DNA of 64,000 nucleotides from a virus, in the IMG/VR virus record IMGVR_UViG_3300020421_002453, positions 1 through 64,000 of that record, one strand, 5' to 3'. Made by a program: the position numbers and the translations under genes. The notes under the pieces are model-generated. The model was not told the origin of the DNA, ran no database searches, and worked only from the letters and a program-made list of their open reading frames with translations. Numbering within the stretch: position 1 is the first letter of the stretch; each line of letters opens with the position of its first letter. Of this stretch, positions 55,469-64,000 are shown in pieces.

Positions 55469-56970
55469 AAATTACTTACACAGGCCATGCCGGTCTATTG
55501 ATTGAAACCAATGATGTAAATATATTATGTGACCCTTGGCATAGTGATAATCCAGCATTTTTTAAAACATGGAGTGTTTATCCAGACAATAGAAATTTAG
55601 ATTGGGATAATATTATTTCAAAAACTGATGTACTTTTTATATCTCACATCCATGAAGACCACTTTGATAAAAAGTTTTTAAAACGATTGTATTCAAAAAA
55701 CAAAGAAGTAAAAGTATTGATTCCAAATTTTCGTTATGATGTACTAAAAAACAAATTGAAAAAGGTTGGATTCAATAACTTTATAACTAAAGAGTTAAAC
55801 ATAGGTAACACAACAGCCGTAACATATTGTTCGGAAAAAATAGATAGAGAACGAGAAGATAGTTCTATATGTATTGATGATGGTAATCTTACTTTTTTAA
55901 ATTGGAATGATTCAACATTCACTCCTGAGAACAAAGAGGATATAATGAAGAGATTTGAGAAAATAGATTGGGCTACTGGTCAATTCTCTGGTGCTACTTG
56001 GTGGCCTACTTGTTACAATTATACCGAAGAGAAGAAACAAGGTTTTATATCACAATTCAAAGAAAGAAAAGTAAGTCATTATGAGGGAATGATAGAGTAT
56101 TTGGGTGTTAAAAAAATAATTCCATCTGCAGGCCCATCTTGTTTTTTACAAAAAGATATGTATCATCTAAATTACTTCGATGATAATCCAAGTGTATTTT
56201 TTGATTGTTGGGATATACCTGAGTTTAATGATATGAAAGAAGTTTATAGAGTTATGCCTGGTGATGAATTTACTTATGATACTATTCAAGATAGGAAGAT
56301 TAGACCATTTGATAAAAAAGAATATATTTTGGAAAATCAGTATTCAGTAGATTACACTTTAGACCATGATAAACTAAAATTAATTGATGAACTAATCATG
56401 AAAAAGTTTCCAAGTTTATTAGAGAACAATGGTTGGTTGAAAAAATATATAAAATCTAAGATTTATATTAGTGTTAAAAATTATAAATCTTTTTGTTTAG
56501 ATTTCAGAAAACAAACAGTTGAAATAGTTGATGAACCTGTAAGAAAAGGTGCGTGGTATATAATAAACATTGAACAAACAATAATATATACACTATTAAG
56601 TAAGAACATTGATGATTGGGAAAATGCAGCATTCTTAAGTAATACTTGTGTGTTCGAAAGAAATCCTGATACATTTAATCCCTGGATTGTTTCTTTTTTT
56701 AGAAACTTAGATAATGGTAGACTTCAAAAAATATATGATATAGTACAATCATCTGAGGTTTTAGAGGGTAAAATGGTTGTTGGTGATTATGAAATTGATA
56801 GATATTGTGTACATCAACAATATGATTTATTATACCATGGCGTGTATGATGAAGATGAAAAAACTATGACTTGTTTAGGTCATGGGTGGATATGGGATTT
56901 AGAATCGTGTGAGGGCATTAATTGTAGTGCCAAAATCGTATGTAAGAAAATAGTAAGACAAAGTGCTTAA
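55465..56970 (+). CDS. NamH/CMAH-like hydroxylase: metallo-beta-lactamase fold plus C-terminal Rieske domain
   Basis: GHAGLLI, ILCDPW, SHIHEDHFD, PSAGP.CFL and Rieske ligands CVH...CLGHGW. Confidence 0.78.
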   Translation: MKITYTGHAGLLIETNDVNILCDPWHSDNPAFFKTWSVYPDNRNLDWDNIISKTDVLFISHIHEDHFDKKFLKRLYSKNKEVKVLIPNFRYDVLKNKLKKVGFNNFITKELNIGNTTAVTYCSEKIDREREDSSICIDDGNLTFLNWNDSTFTPENKEDIMKRFEKIDWATGQFSGATWWPTCYNYTEEKKQGFISQFKERKVSHYEGMIEYLGVKKIIPSAGPSCFLQKDMYHLNYFDDNPSVFFDCWDIPEFNDMKEVYRVMPGDEFTYDTIQDRKIRPFDKKEYILENQYSVDYTLDHDKLKLIDELIMKKFPSLLENNGWLKKYIKSKIYISVKNYKSFCLDFRKQTVEIVDEPVRKGAWYIINIEQTIIYTLLSKNIDDWENAAFLSNTCVFERNPDTFNPWIVSFFRNLDNGRLQKIYDIVQSSEVLEGKMVVGDYEIDRYCVHQQYDLLYHGVYDEDEKTMTCLGHGWIWDLESCEGINCSAKIVCKKIVRQSA

Positions 56971-56982
56971 GGAGAAATTTAA

Positions 56983-57981
56983 ATGAAAAATAAAAGAATA
57001 TTAATATTGGGTGGAACAGGTGCTTTGGGTAGAACTTTACTCGATAGATATCAAGATGATAATCAAATTATGATTTTTTCAAGAGATGAACATAAGCATG
57101 TGAATATGCAAAAAGACAAAAGATACCATGATGATGTTCAATATAAAATTGGTGATGTTAAAGATATAGATTCTATTAGAAATGCTATTGAGGATTATAA
57201 ACCTAATGTGGTAATAAATACAGCCGCATTGAAGCATGTTCCTATTTGTGAAAGTAATACCTTTGAATCTGTAAATGTTAATATTGTTGGACATAGAAAT
57301 GTTATCAATTCTGTTAAGAGAAGTAATCATCGAATAGAAACACTAATTTTTATATCAACAGATAAGGCCTGTAAACCAATTAACATTTATGGAATGTGTA
57401 AAGCAATTTCTGAGAAGTTATATATGGATTATGCAACTAAACAAGATGATATAAAAGTTTGTTTGGTTAGATATGGTAATGTATTGGAATCTACTGGTTC
57501 AGTAATTCCATTCTTCAAACATCTTATAGAAGTTGGTGATGGTGATGTATTACCAATTACAGATTTTAGAATGACAAGGTTTTTATTATCATTACCACAG
57601 GCTACAGATTTGATTCAATGGTCGTATGATAATCCTAATTCTCATGGTAAGATTGCTATACCAAAAGTTAAATCTTTTTTAATCTCAAACATAGCCAAGT
57701 GTTTACAACAACACTATGGTAAAGAGATGAAGATAAAAGAAGTGGGAATAAGACCAGGTGAGAAAATACATGAAGAAATGATTTCATCTGAAGAATGGTT
57801 AAGAACAGAAAATCATGATGAGAATTATTTAATAACTCAAGAGAATGAATTTTTCCAACCAGGTCAACCATCTACTATAGGAGTTGATGCTCCAATAGAA
57901 ATGTATTCCTATAGTTCAAAAGATGATTTAATGGATTTAGAAGAAACTATGAAATTTTTAAAAGAGACTGGTGTAATATAA
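56983..57981 (+). CDS. UDP-GlcNAc 4,6-dehydratase/epimerase (PseB/CapD/FnlA family)
   Basis: GGTGALG, FSRDE.K, AALKHVP, STDKA, YG..K, RYGNV and GIRPGEKIHE motifs. Confidence 0.92.
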   Translation: MKNKRILILGGTGALGRTLLDRYQDDNQIMIFSRDEHKHVNMQKDKRYHDDVQYKIGDVKDIDSIRNAIEDYKPNVVINTAALKHVPICESNTFESVNVNIVGHRNVINSVKRSNHRIETLIFISTDKACKPINIYGMCKAISEKLYMDYATKQDDIKVCLVRYGNVLESTGSVIPFFKHLIEVGDGDVLPITDFRMTRFLLSLPQATDLIQWSYDNPNSHGKIAIPKVKSFLISNIAKCLQQHYGKEMKIKEVGIRPGEKIHEEMISSEEWLRTENHDENYLITQENEFFQPGQPSTIGVDAPIEMYSYSSKDDLMDLEETMKFLKETGVI

Positions 57982-58874
57982 TGTATACAATAAGAGAAGA
58001 TACAGAGTTTGGGTTGGATATGGTTAGAGGTTTACCAAGAGTTTGGCATTGTGTAAAAACCGAAACACCACATCAAATATTATGTAAACCTGGTTTAGTT
58101 GAGATGTATAGAGAGTTTACTGATAATGTTGTGGTTAATAAATCTTGGCATCCAAATAATCCTGATGATTTGTATGGTATTGAAAGACCAGAGTGGACAA
58201 TGGATATGTGGAATCCACCACCACTAAAAGAAATGTATAAAGATAAGATTGAGTTTGATAAACCAACGATTGTTATTAATAATAAGTTTATAAGTGAGTT
58301 ATCTTTAAATAAAGTAAATGAAACTTTAGGGAAATATCCAAGTATAGATTTAAGTATGGGTGCTATGATTGAAGATGATACATTTTGTTCAATAAATCAT
58401 TATAGTATGGAGTTTATTGATAAATTAGTTAAAAAATATTCTGATAAATTTAAAATAATTTACATTTCACCAATAGTAAGTGATAGTTATTTTAAAGACC
58501 ATCAAAAGATGATTAGAGTAAATGATTATGAATATCTTGAAGAAAATCATCCTGAAGTTTATACTATTAAACAACATATGAAAAATAGAAACATTAGTTA
58601 TAATATTGCACAATTTGAACTTGAAGCATCATCAGAAAAACATTTAAGTTTACTTGGTGGTAATTGTAAAGTATCTTCATATTTTGGTGGTGATGTTATT
58701 ATTTACCTAAGTGATATGTGGAAGTATGGTTCACCAGTTCATCGTGATGGTAAAAAAGGAGAAAGAGGAATATTCAAAACAGGTTCTTGGTTACGACACT
58801 TATCAGGTGCAAACATTATTCAATGTAATTCATACAAAGATATTTTTAATCATATAGAAACTGAGTGGAAATGA
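57981..58874 (+). CDS. Hypothetical protein, possibly a glycosyltransferase
   Basis: 297-aa ORF inside the sugar cluster; only weak resemblance. Confidence 0.45.
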   Translation: MYTIREDTEFGLDMVRGLPRVWHCVKTETPHQILCKPGLVEMYREFTDNVVVNKSWHPNNPDDLYGIERPEWTMDMWNPPPLKEMYKDKIEFDKPTIVINNKFISELSLNKVNETLGKYPSIDLSMGAMIEDDTFCSINHYSMEFIDKLVKKYSDKFKIIYISPIVSDSYFKDHQKMIRVNDYEYLEENHPEVYTIKQHMKNRNISYNIAQFELEASSEKHLSLLGGNCKVSSYFGGDVIIYLSDMWKYGSPVHRDGKKGERGIFKTGSWLRHLSGANIIQCNSYKDIFNHIETEWK

Positions 58875-59545
58875 ACAAGAGTATAACAGAATTAAAAAAC
58901 ATCCATAAGGGTGAAGATATTTGGATTATAGGTGCTGGTTCATCTATGGATTATGTTGATAAATCATTCTTTGATAATAAGATTTGTATTGGTGTGAATC
59001 AAATGTTTCAGTATTTTCCTTGTGAGTATGTAGTGGGTAGAGATTTACAAGTAAGAGTAAGGTGGGATGAAACCGTAAAAGAATTATCCAATAGAAAAGA
59101 TATTAAGTTTTTATATAGTAGATATCATCAAGGATATGGTGGAGAAAATCCAATAATTCCATCAGATAATTTCTATGAATTTGAAAGTGGAATAAATGAT
59201 GATATTAAAGGATTAGAGTGTGTTGGTACAGATAAGATGGTTGCAATCAGAACCACACTAAACACTTGTATAAATATTGCAGGTTACATGGGTGCAAAAA
59301 ATATAATGATATGTGGTAAAGATGAGGGTAAGATAAATGGTAATCTTTACTACAAAGGTTATGTAAAAGATAAATGGCCAGATGCTGGTAATTGGAGTGG
59401 GATAGAACATTGGTTGTATCTTACAGAGAAAAACACAATGATGGTTCGTGATAGAGTAAAGGAAGTTTATGATTGTAACATTCATTCATTGAATCCATTT
59501 ATTAATTTTAAATTAGAAGGAAATGAATATGAACCGACTAAGTAA
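58871..59545 (+). CDS. Maf/DUF115 (MptE-like) glycosyltransferase-fold protein
   Basis: LKNIHKGE.IWIIGAGSS, IGVN and A.YMGAKNI.ICG.D motifs. Confidence 0.72.
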   Translation: MNKSITELKNIHKGEDIWIIGAGSSMDYVDKSFFDNKICIGVNQMFQYFPCEYVVGRDLQVRVRWDETVKELSNRKDIKFLYSRYHQGYGGENPIIPSDNFYEFESGINDDIKGLECVGTDKMVAIRTTLNTCINIAGYMGAKNIMICGKDEGKINGNLYYKGYVKDKWPDAGNWSGIEHWLYLTEKNTMMVRDRVKEVYDCNIHSLNPFINFKLEGNEYEPTK

Positions 59546-60092
59546 AGATGAAGTGAAAGAATTGGTATTTGATATACCAGATAAGTTCCAATGGCCTACC
59601 ACTACATCGTGGAATTTTAAAAATCAATTGATTGATGAATTTTATGGAAGTGATTGTGATGTATTAGAAGTGGGTTGCCATAAAGGACAAACAAGTAAAA
59701 TACTATCTTATTTATTTAATAATGTTTTTACTATAAATATAAATCCACCAAGTACTGATTTCCCTACAGAAGAAAATATAATTTATGAACAAATGAATTC
59801 TTATACTGATAAATGGAAATTTGATAAGTGGAAAAATGTAGATGTAGTTATGATTGATGCTGTTCATCAATATGATGAAGTAAAACAAGATACTGAAAAT
59901 GCCTTGAAGTTAAAACCTAAATATATTATTTGGGATGATTATGGTAATGAAGAGTTTTCTGGTGTTAAAAAATATGTGGATGAGTTTGTAAAAGATAAAT
60001 ATAAATTAATCCCTATTGGGTTATCAGATGGCGAGTTTTTTAAGGCCAACGAAAAGATAGTTGGTTCAGAAGGAGTTATGATTAAAGTATGA
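59523..60092 (+). CDS. Class I SAM-dependent methyltransferase (Methyltransf_24-like)
   Basis: VLEVGCHKG, IDAVH.Y..V..D and IIWDDY motifs. Confidence 0.8.
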   Translation: MNMNRLSKDEVKELVFDIPDKFQWPTTTSWNFKNQLIDEFYGSDCDVLEVGCHKGQTSKILSYLFNNVFTININPPSTDFPTEENIIYEQMNSYTDKWKFDKWKNVDVVMIDAVHQYDEVKQDTENALKLKPKYIIWDDYGNEEFSGVKKYVDEFVKDKYKLIPIGLSDGEFFKANEKIVGSEGVMIKV

Positions 60093-60859
60093 ATGCAATA
60101 TACATGGTGGCAATAGACCACAATAAATCTAATTGGAAACATTCTAATTTTTCACAATACTCTACTAAATCTTGGGAGAGATGGTGTGAGAAAAACGGAG
60201 TGGATTTTCATTGTGTAACAAAACATGATGAACGATATGGGTATCCTATATGGAATAAATTAAATGTAGTAGATGTATGTAAAGATTATGATAAGATTGG
60301 TATTGTTGATTGTGATACTATGATTAACATTAATGCTCCAAACATTTTTGATGAACTTGAAGATGGAATTAGTGGAGTACATGATGATAGTAATTTAAAA
60401 TGGATATATGATAGTATAAATAATTATGGTGTGTATTTTGCAAACGAAATGGATTATGAAAAGTACATAAATGCTGGAGTAGTATTTCTTGATAACAAAT
60501 CATTAGAGGTATACAAACAATTACAAGATTTTTATTTTACATATCAAGAAGAACTTGATAATTGGAATAAGGGTGGTGGAAGAGAACAAACACTATTTAA
60601 TTATCATGTACAAGGTATGGGTTTAAAGGTAAATTTATTATCAGCAAAATGGAATGTTTTAGATATAGGTAGAAGAGAGTTATGGCAATGTAATTGGCAA
60701 CAAGAACCACTAACAAATCCAAACAAACCATTTGAGTGGTTGGAGGCTGGTAAGAAACCACATTATGTTAACTATGGTTGTATTTACCACTTTACAGGAT
60801 TTCCAATTGAGATGAGAGAACAAGTTATGAGATATACATGGGAGTTAGAAAATGACTAA
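60089..60859 (+). CDS. GT-A glycosyltransferase (GT8/GT34-like)
   Basis: VDCDT (DxD), YINAGV, EQT.FN, WN and HFTG motifs. Confidence 0.8.
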   Translation: MNAIYMVAIDHNKSNWKHSNFSQYSTKSWERWCEKNGVDFHCVTKHDERYGYPIWNKLNVVDVCKDYDKIGIVDCDTMININAPNIFDELEDGISGVHDDSNLKWIYDSINNYGVYFANEMDYEKYINAGVVFLDNKSLEVYKQLQDFYFTYQEELDNWNKGGGREQTLFNYHVQGMGLKVNLLSAKWNVLDIGRRELWQCNWQQEPLTNPNKPFEWLEAGKKPHYVNYGCIYHFTGFPIEMREQVMRYTWELEND

Positions 60860-61586
60860 TGTAGTATTTTTAGTTGCCATAGGCAATAAAACTGAATATG
60901 AAGTTTGTAAACAATCTTGGAAAAAGTGGTGTGATAAACATGGTGTAGAATTAGTTGTACTTGACCAAGAGATACGACCAAAAGAAGAAATGTTCTATAA
61001 CTTTCAGAGATATTATATGTTTGAATTACTTGATAATATGGGGATTGATTATGATGGTGTATTGACTGTAGATTGTGATACACTAATTCATCCAAACACA
61101 CCAAACTTTTTTGAAACTACTGATAGAGATAAATTATATATGGTAAAAGATAATGGAAGTTATGATTGGATTATCAGAGGATTAGAGTGGTATAAACATT
61201 TATTCACTAACGATGGATTTGATATCTTTGAGTATTCTAATAGTGGATTTCAATTGATGGGTAAGAAACATAAAGATTTCTATACAAAGATGTTGGAGTT
61301 ATGGGAAGAAAAGGGTGATGAGATAATAGAGATATCTGAAAAATATGGATTGGGTAAAGAACAGGCCATATGGAATTGGATGATTAGAGAACATGATATA
61401 GAATATGAATTACTACCATACAAATATAACATGACAAACATGGCTACAAAAGAAATATTAAACATCAACATATTCACTAAGTTAGGTTGGATTTACCACT
61501 TTAATGGACTAGAAGGAAAAGAAGAGGGAAGTGTGAGAAGAGTAATGGAAGAAACTTATAGGTATTTAAATGAAATTGAATTATAA
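60852..61586 (+). CDS. GT-A glycosyltransferase, tandem paralog
   Basis: VDCDT, NSGF, EQA.WN, LP.KYN and HFNG motifs. Confidence 0.8.
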   Translation: MTNVVFLVAIGNKTEYEVCKQSWKKWCDKHGVELVVLDQEIRPKEEMFYNFQRYYMFELLDNMGIDYDGVLTVDCDTLIHPNTPNFFETTDRDKLYMVKDNGSYDWIIRGLEWYKHLFTNDGFDIFEYSNSGFQLMGKKHKDFYTKMLELWEEKGDEIIEISEKYGLGKEQAIWNWMIREHDIEYELLPYKYNMTNMATKEILNINIFTKLGWIYHFNGLEGKEEGSVRRVMEETYRYLNEIEL

Positions 61587-62610
61587 ATTTGCGATAGGTT
61601 GTTTAGTACAATTCTATGAGATACATATCATCAAGGATTATTTATTAAGTGTAAAGAATTCTTTAGAGAATGTAGAAAATAAAAATAATGTTTTGATTGA
61701 TATATGTTTTAATTTGAATCAAGGATTAGAAAAGGTTGATGATAATAAAACATCGGTTGGTGAACTACGAGATAAGTTCAGAGAAATACTAAAGGATGTA
61801 TTTGGTTATGACCATCATTATGATGATGCACAAAACTACAATATAAAATTAGTGGAACATGATACTAATGGTGGTAGTTCAATAGAACAGATTTATACTA
61901 TTGCAGATTATAGAAGAGAGTTTAATGAAAAGTATTGTGAACAAGTTGATGTGTTAATGTGGGGAGAGAGTGATTCACTAATCCCAAAACAAACTTGGGA
62001 AATATTACAGAACTTACATTTTGCATCAGAGAATAATGGTGTTCACAAGTATGTTAGTTTCTTTGCTACTTGTAAAATGTGGGATGATACTTGGAAAGTA
62101 TTAGAACATCCAGAGTTTACAGATAAACCATTCATAGAAATGGATACTGAGAATTGGTGGAGTTTACGATATAATATGAACCAAGATGAAATGGATAAGA
62201 TTAATGATAGAACTGAAGAATTGGATATACAACAAACAACACAATTAAAGTTTAATGGGTGTGGATTAGTTATATCATCAGATGTAATCAAGAGTGGTGC
62301 AAACATACCAAAGAGTGTATTCTTTGTACATGAAGATACAGCATTTATGAATAATTGTTTGATACATTTCAGAAACCAATTACCACAATATATTATTAAG
62401 AATATTTTATTGGTACATAACAGAAAGTTACCAAACAAAAGAATGTATATTAAAGGACAAGATATACAAGATGGTGATATGACAGAGATGAGAAAGAAAC
62501 AATATTGGTTTCACAATGCTGATAAGATGAGTCAAATGAATGCATTCAATACAACAGAACAAGGATATACATATTCATGGGAAGATGTATTTAGGGAGTA
62601 TAATGAATAA
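61570..62610 (+). CDS. Putative glycosyltransferase
   Basis: WGESD, FNGCGLVI and HEDTAF patterns; sugar-cluster context. Confidence 0.5.
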   Translation: MKLNYKFAIGCLVQFYEIHIIKDYLLSVKNSLENVENKNNVLIDICFNLNQGLEKVDDNKTSVGELRDKFREILKDVFGYDHHYDDAQNYNIKLVEHDTNGGSSIEQIYTIADYRREFNEKYCEQVDVLMWGESDSLIPKQTWEILQNLHFASENNGVHKYVSFFATCKMWDDTWKVLEHPEFTDKPFIEMDTENWWSLRYNMNQDEMDKINDRTEELDIQQTTQLKFNGCGLVISSDVIKSGANIPKSVFFVHEDTAFMNNCLIHFRNQLPQYIIKNILLVHNRKLPNKRMYIKGQDIQDGDMTEMRKKQYWFHNADKMSQMNAFNTTEQGYTYSWEDVFREYNE

Positions 62611-63310
62611 TTTAATAGTAGCAATAGATGATGTACATCCAGAAAAAGGTTGGGGAGTTGAGGGTGATGTTCAAGTACAATACCTTGAAAACCTACATCA
62701 TAATTTTGGAGTAAAGTTTAACTTATTTGTACCAAGTAATTACCACAATAAGTTTCCAATCACAAAAGAGTTTGTAGATTTTTGGACACAACACGATTGG
62801 ATAGAGTTAAGTAATCATGGACACTTTCATGCTTGTCAAGATAAAGAAATCACAGGTTTAAATAAGAAATCAGGTGAGAAAGTTATTTTGGAACTTGGTG
62901 AGATGGAGTTTATGGAACTACAACATGGTGATGCAGTTCAAAGAATACAAGAGAGTTTGAATTTATGGAATGCTTGTGGATATAGACCAAGAGGATTCAG
63001 AGCACCAGGTTGGGGAGTGAACCAACAATCAGCAGATGCTATCAGTAGTTATTTTGATTGGACGGCAGGACACAATAAAATAAATTCAGCAATAAAATGG
63101 GGATGTCAATTCTTTGAAGGTCATGATGGAATAAATGAATCTGATAATATAAATTTATATGGTAATACATTTATGTTTCAATCACATATTAATGGTACAC
63201 ATAATGAAAATGTGTGGAATGAAGAAAATTTTTTACATTTTGAGAAAGTTTTAGAATATTTATTATCACAATATAAAATACAATTCAGAACAATATCAGA
63301 GATAAAATGA
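62603..63310 (+). CDS. Polysaccharide deacetylase-like protein (NodB/DUF2334)
   Basis: IDDVHP, ELSNHGHFH and GFRAPGW motifs; GGAG RBS before ATG 62603. Confidence 0.8.
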   Translation: MNNLIVAIDDVHPEKGWGVEGDVQVQYLENLHHNFGVKFNLFVPSNYHNKFPITKEFVDFWTQHDWIELSNHGHFHACQDKEITGLNKKSGEKVILELGEMEFMELQHGDAVQRIQESLNLWNACGYRPRGFRAPGWGVNQQSADAISSYFDWTAGHNKINSAIKWGCQFFEGHDGINESDNINLYGNTFMFQSHINGTHNENVWNEENFLHFEKVLEYLLSQYKIQFRTISEIK

Positions 63311-64000
63311 AAGTTGCATTCTTTTCAGAAATAGGTAATAACCAAAAATATCCAAGAACTTTTCCAAATGCTCGTACAGAGGTGGCATGGTGTTTGGCAC
63401 TTGAAGCTCCAATGTGTAGTTTGACTCCATCACAAAAAGAAAGAATAGATGATGATTTTGATTTGGGTATTGTAATTATACCTAAGAATAATCCTGAACT
63501 AATTGATTGGGAATGGGTTAGAAGTAAATGTGATAAAGTGGCAGTAATGCAAGAAGGCCCACATTGGTATTTTCAAGACTATGACATAAACAATCAGTTT
63601 AATTATTATAATGCTTTGATGGAGGCCGATAGGGTGTATTGTCATAACGAATCTGATGTAAGTTATTATCTTGGGTTGGGTTGTAAAGATGTAAGAGTGA
63701 TGAGAAGTTTAATGATACCTGCTGGAATATCAAGTAGAGGTGATGATGAAATAGGTAATGGTGGAATAATCTTAGGTGGTAATTTTGTTTCTTGGTATGG
63801 TGGATTTGATTCTTATATAGTATCAAGAGAATTTGGATTAAAACTATCTGCACCATCAATGGGTAGAAAACAAGAACAAGAAAGTTTGATAGAAGATATA
63901 AACTATCTGCCATATATGAATTGGAGATTATGGATTACAGGATTAGCACAATATAAGTTTGGTGTACATTTGATGAGAACTCATGCTGCTGGAACATTTA
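63307..64000 (+). CDS. Putative glycosyltransferase (3'-partial; not in ORF track)
   Basis: Starts MKVAFFSEIG..., overlaps the previous stop codon and appears to run to the window end. Confidence 0.55.
   Translation, partial: MKVAFFSEIGNNQKYPRTFPNARTEVAWCLALEAPMCSLTPSQKERIDDDFDLGIVIIPKNNPELIDWEWVRSKCDKVAVMQEGPHWYFQDYDINNQFNYYNALMEADRVYCHNESDVSYYLGLGCKDVRVMRSLMIPAGISSRGDDEIGNGGIILGGNFVSWYGGFDSYIVSREFGLKLSAPSMGRKQEQESLIEDINYLPYMNWRLWITGLAQYKFGVHLMRTHAAGTF

Noticed and set aside
1-64000. Alternative genetic code or stop-codon reassignment
   Set aside because: Core genes are full length under code 11, and TAA, TAG and TGA all end genes at sensible positions.

Overview
A 64-kb, AT-rich, almost entirely + strand slice of a large T4-like myovirus genome read with the standard genetic code, probably an uncultured aquatic phage. 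Gene order: (1) tail module at 1-13456 (tail fibre with S74 chaperone, sheath, tube, hub/chaperone with a probable +1 frameshift extension, tape measure, baseplate); (2) ThyX, RimK, a short family-A polymerase and putative head-packaged proteins; (3) a ~415-nt highly structured non-coding RNA candidate at 19188-19600; (4) a T4-like replication block (SSB, RecA/UvsX, 5'-3' exonuclease, helicase, B12-dependent NrdJ, family-B polymerase, clamp, clamp loader) that also holds two paralogous DNA methyltransferases and a TonB-dependent receptor; (5) an island splitting the clamp-loader genes (GNAT, a protein with three tandem Hint domains, two 2OG-Fe(II) oxygenases, a sulfotransferase), then QueC-like, GT2 and ClpP genes; (6) a glycosylation/nucleotide-sugar region of about 17 kb that includes a NamH/CMAH-like Rieske hydroxylase. 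Top novelty candidates are the large ncRNA, the triple-Hint modification island, and an antisense small RNA between sheath and tube that is complementary to the sheath ribosome-binding site. I saw no tRNA, rRNA or CRISPR array. All calls come from motif recognition by eye; no database searches or folding programs were run.
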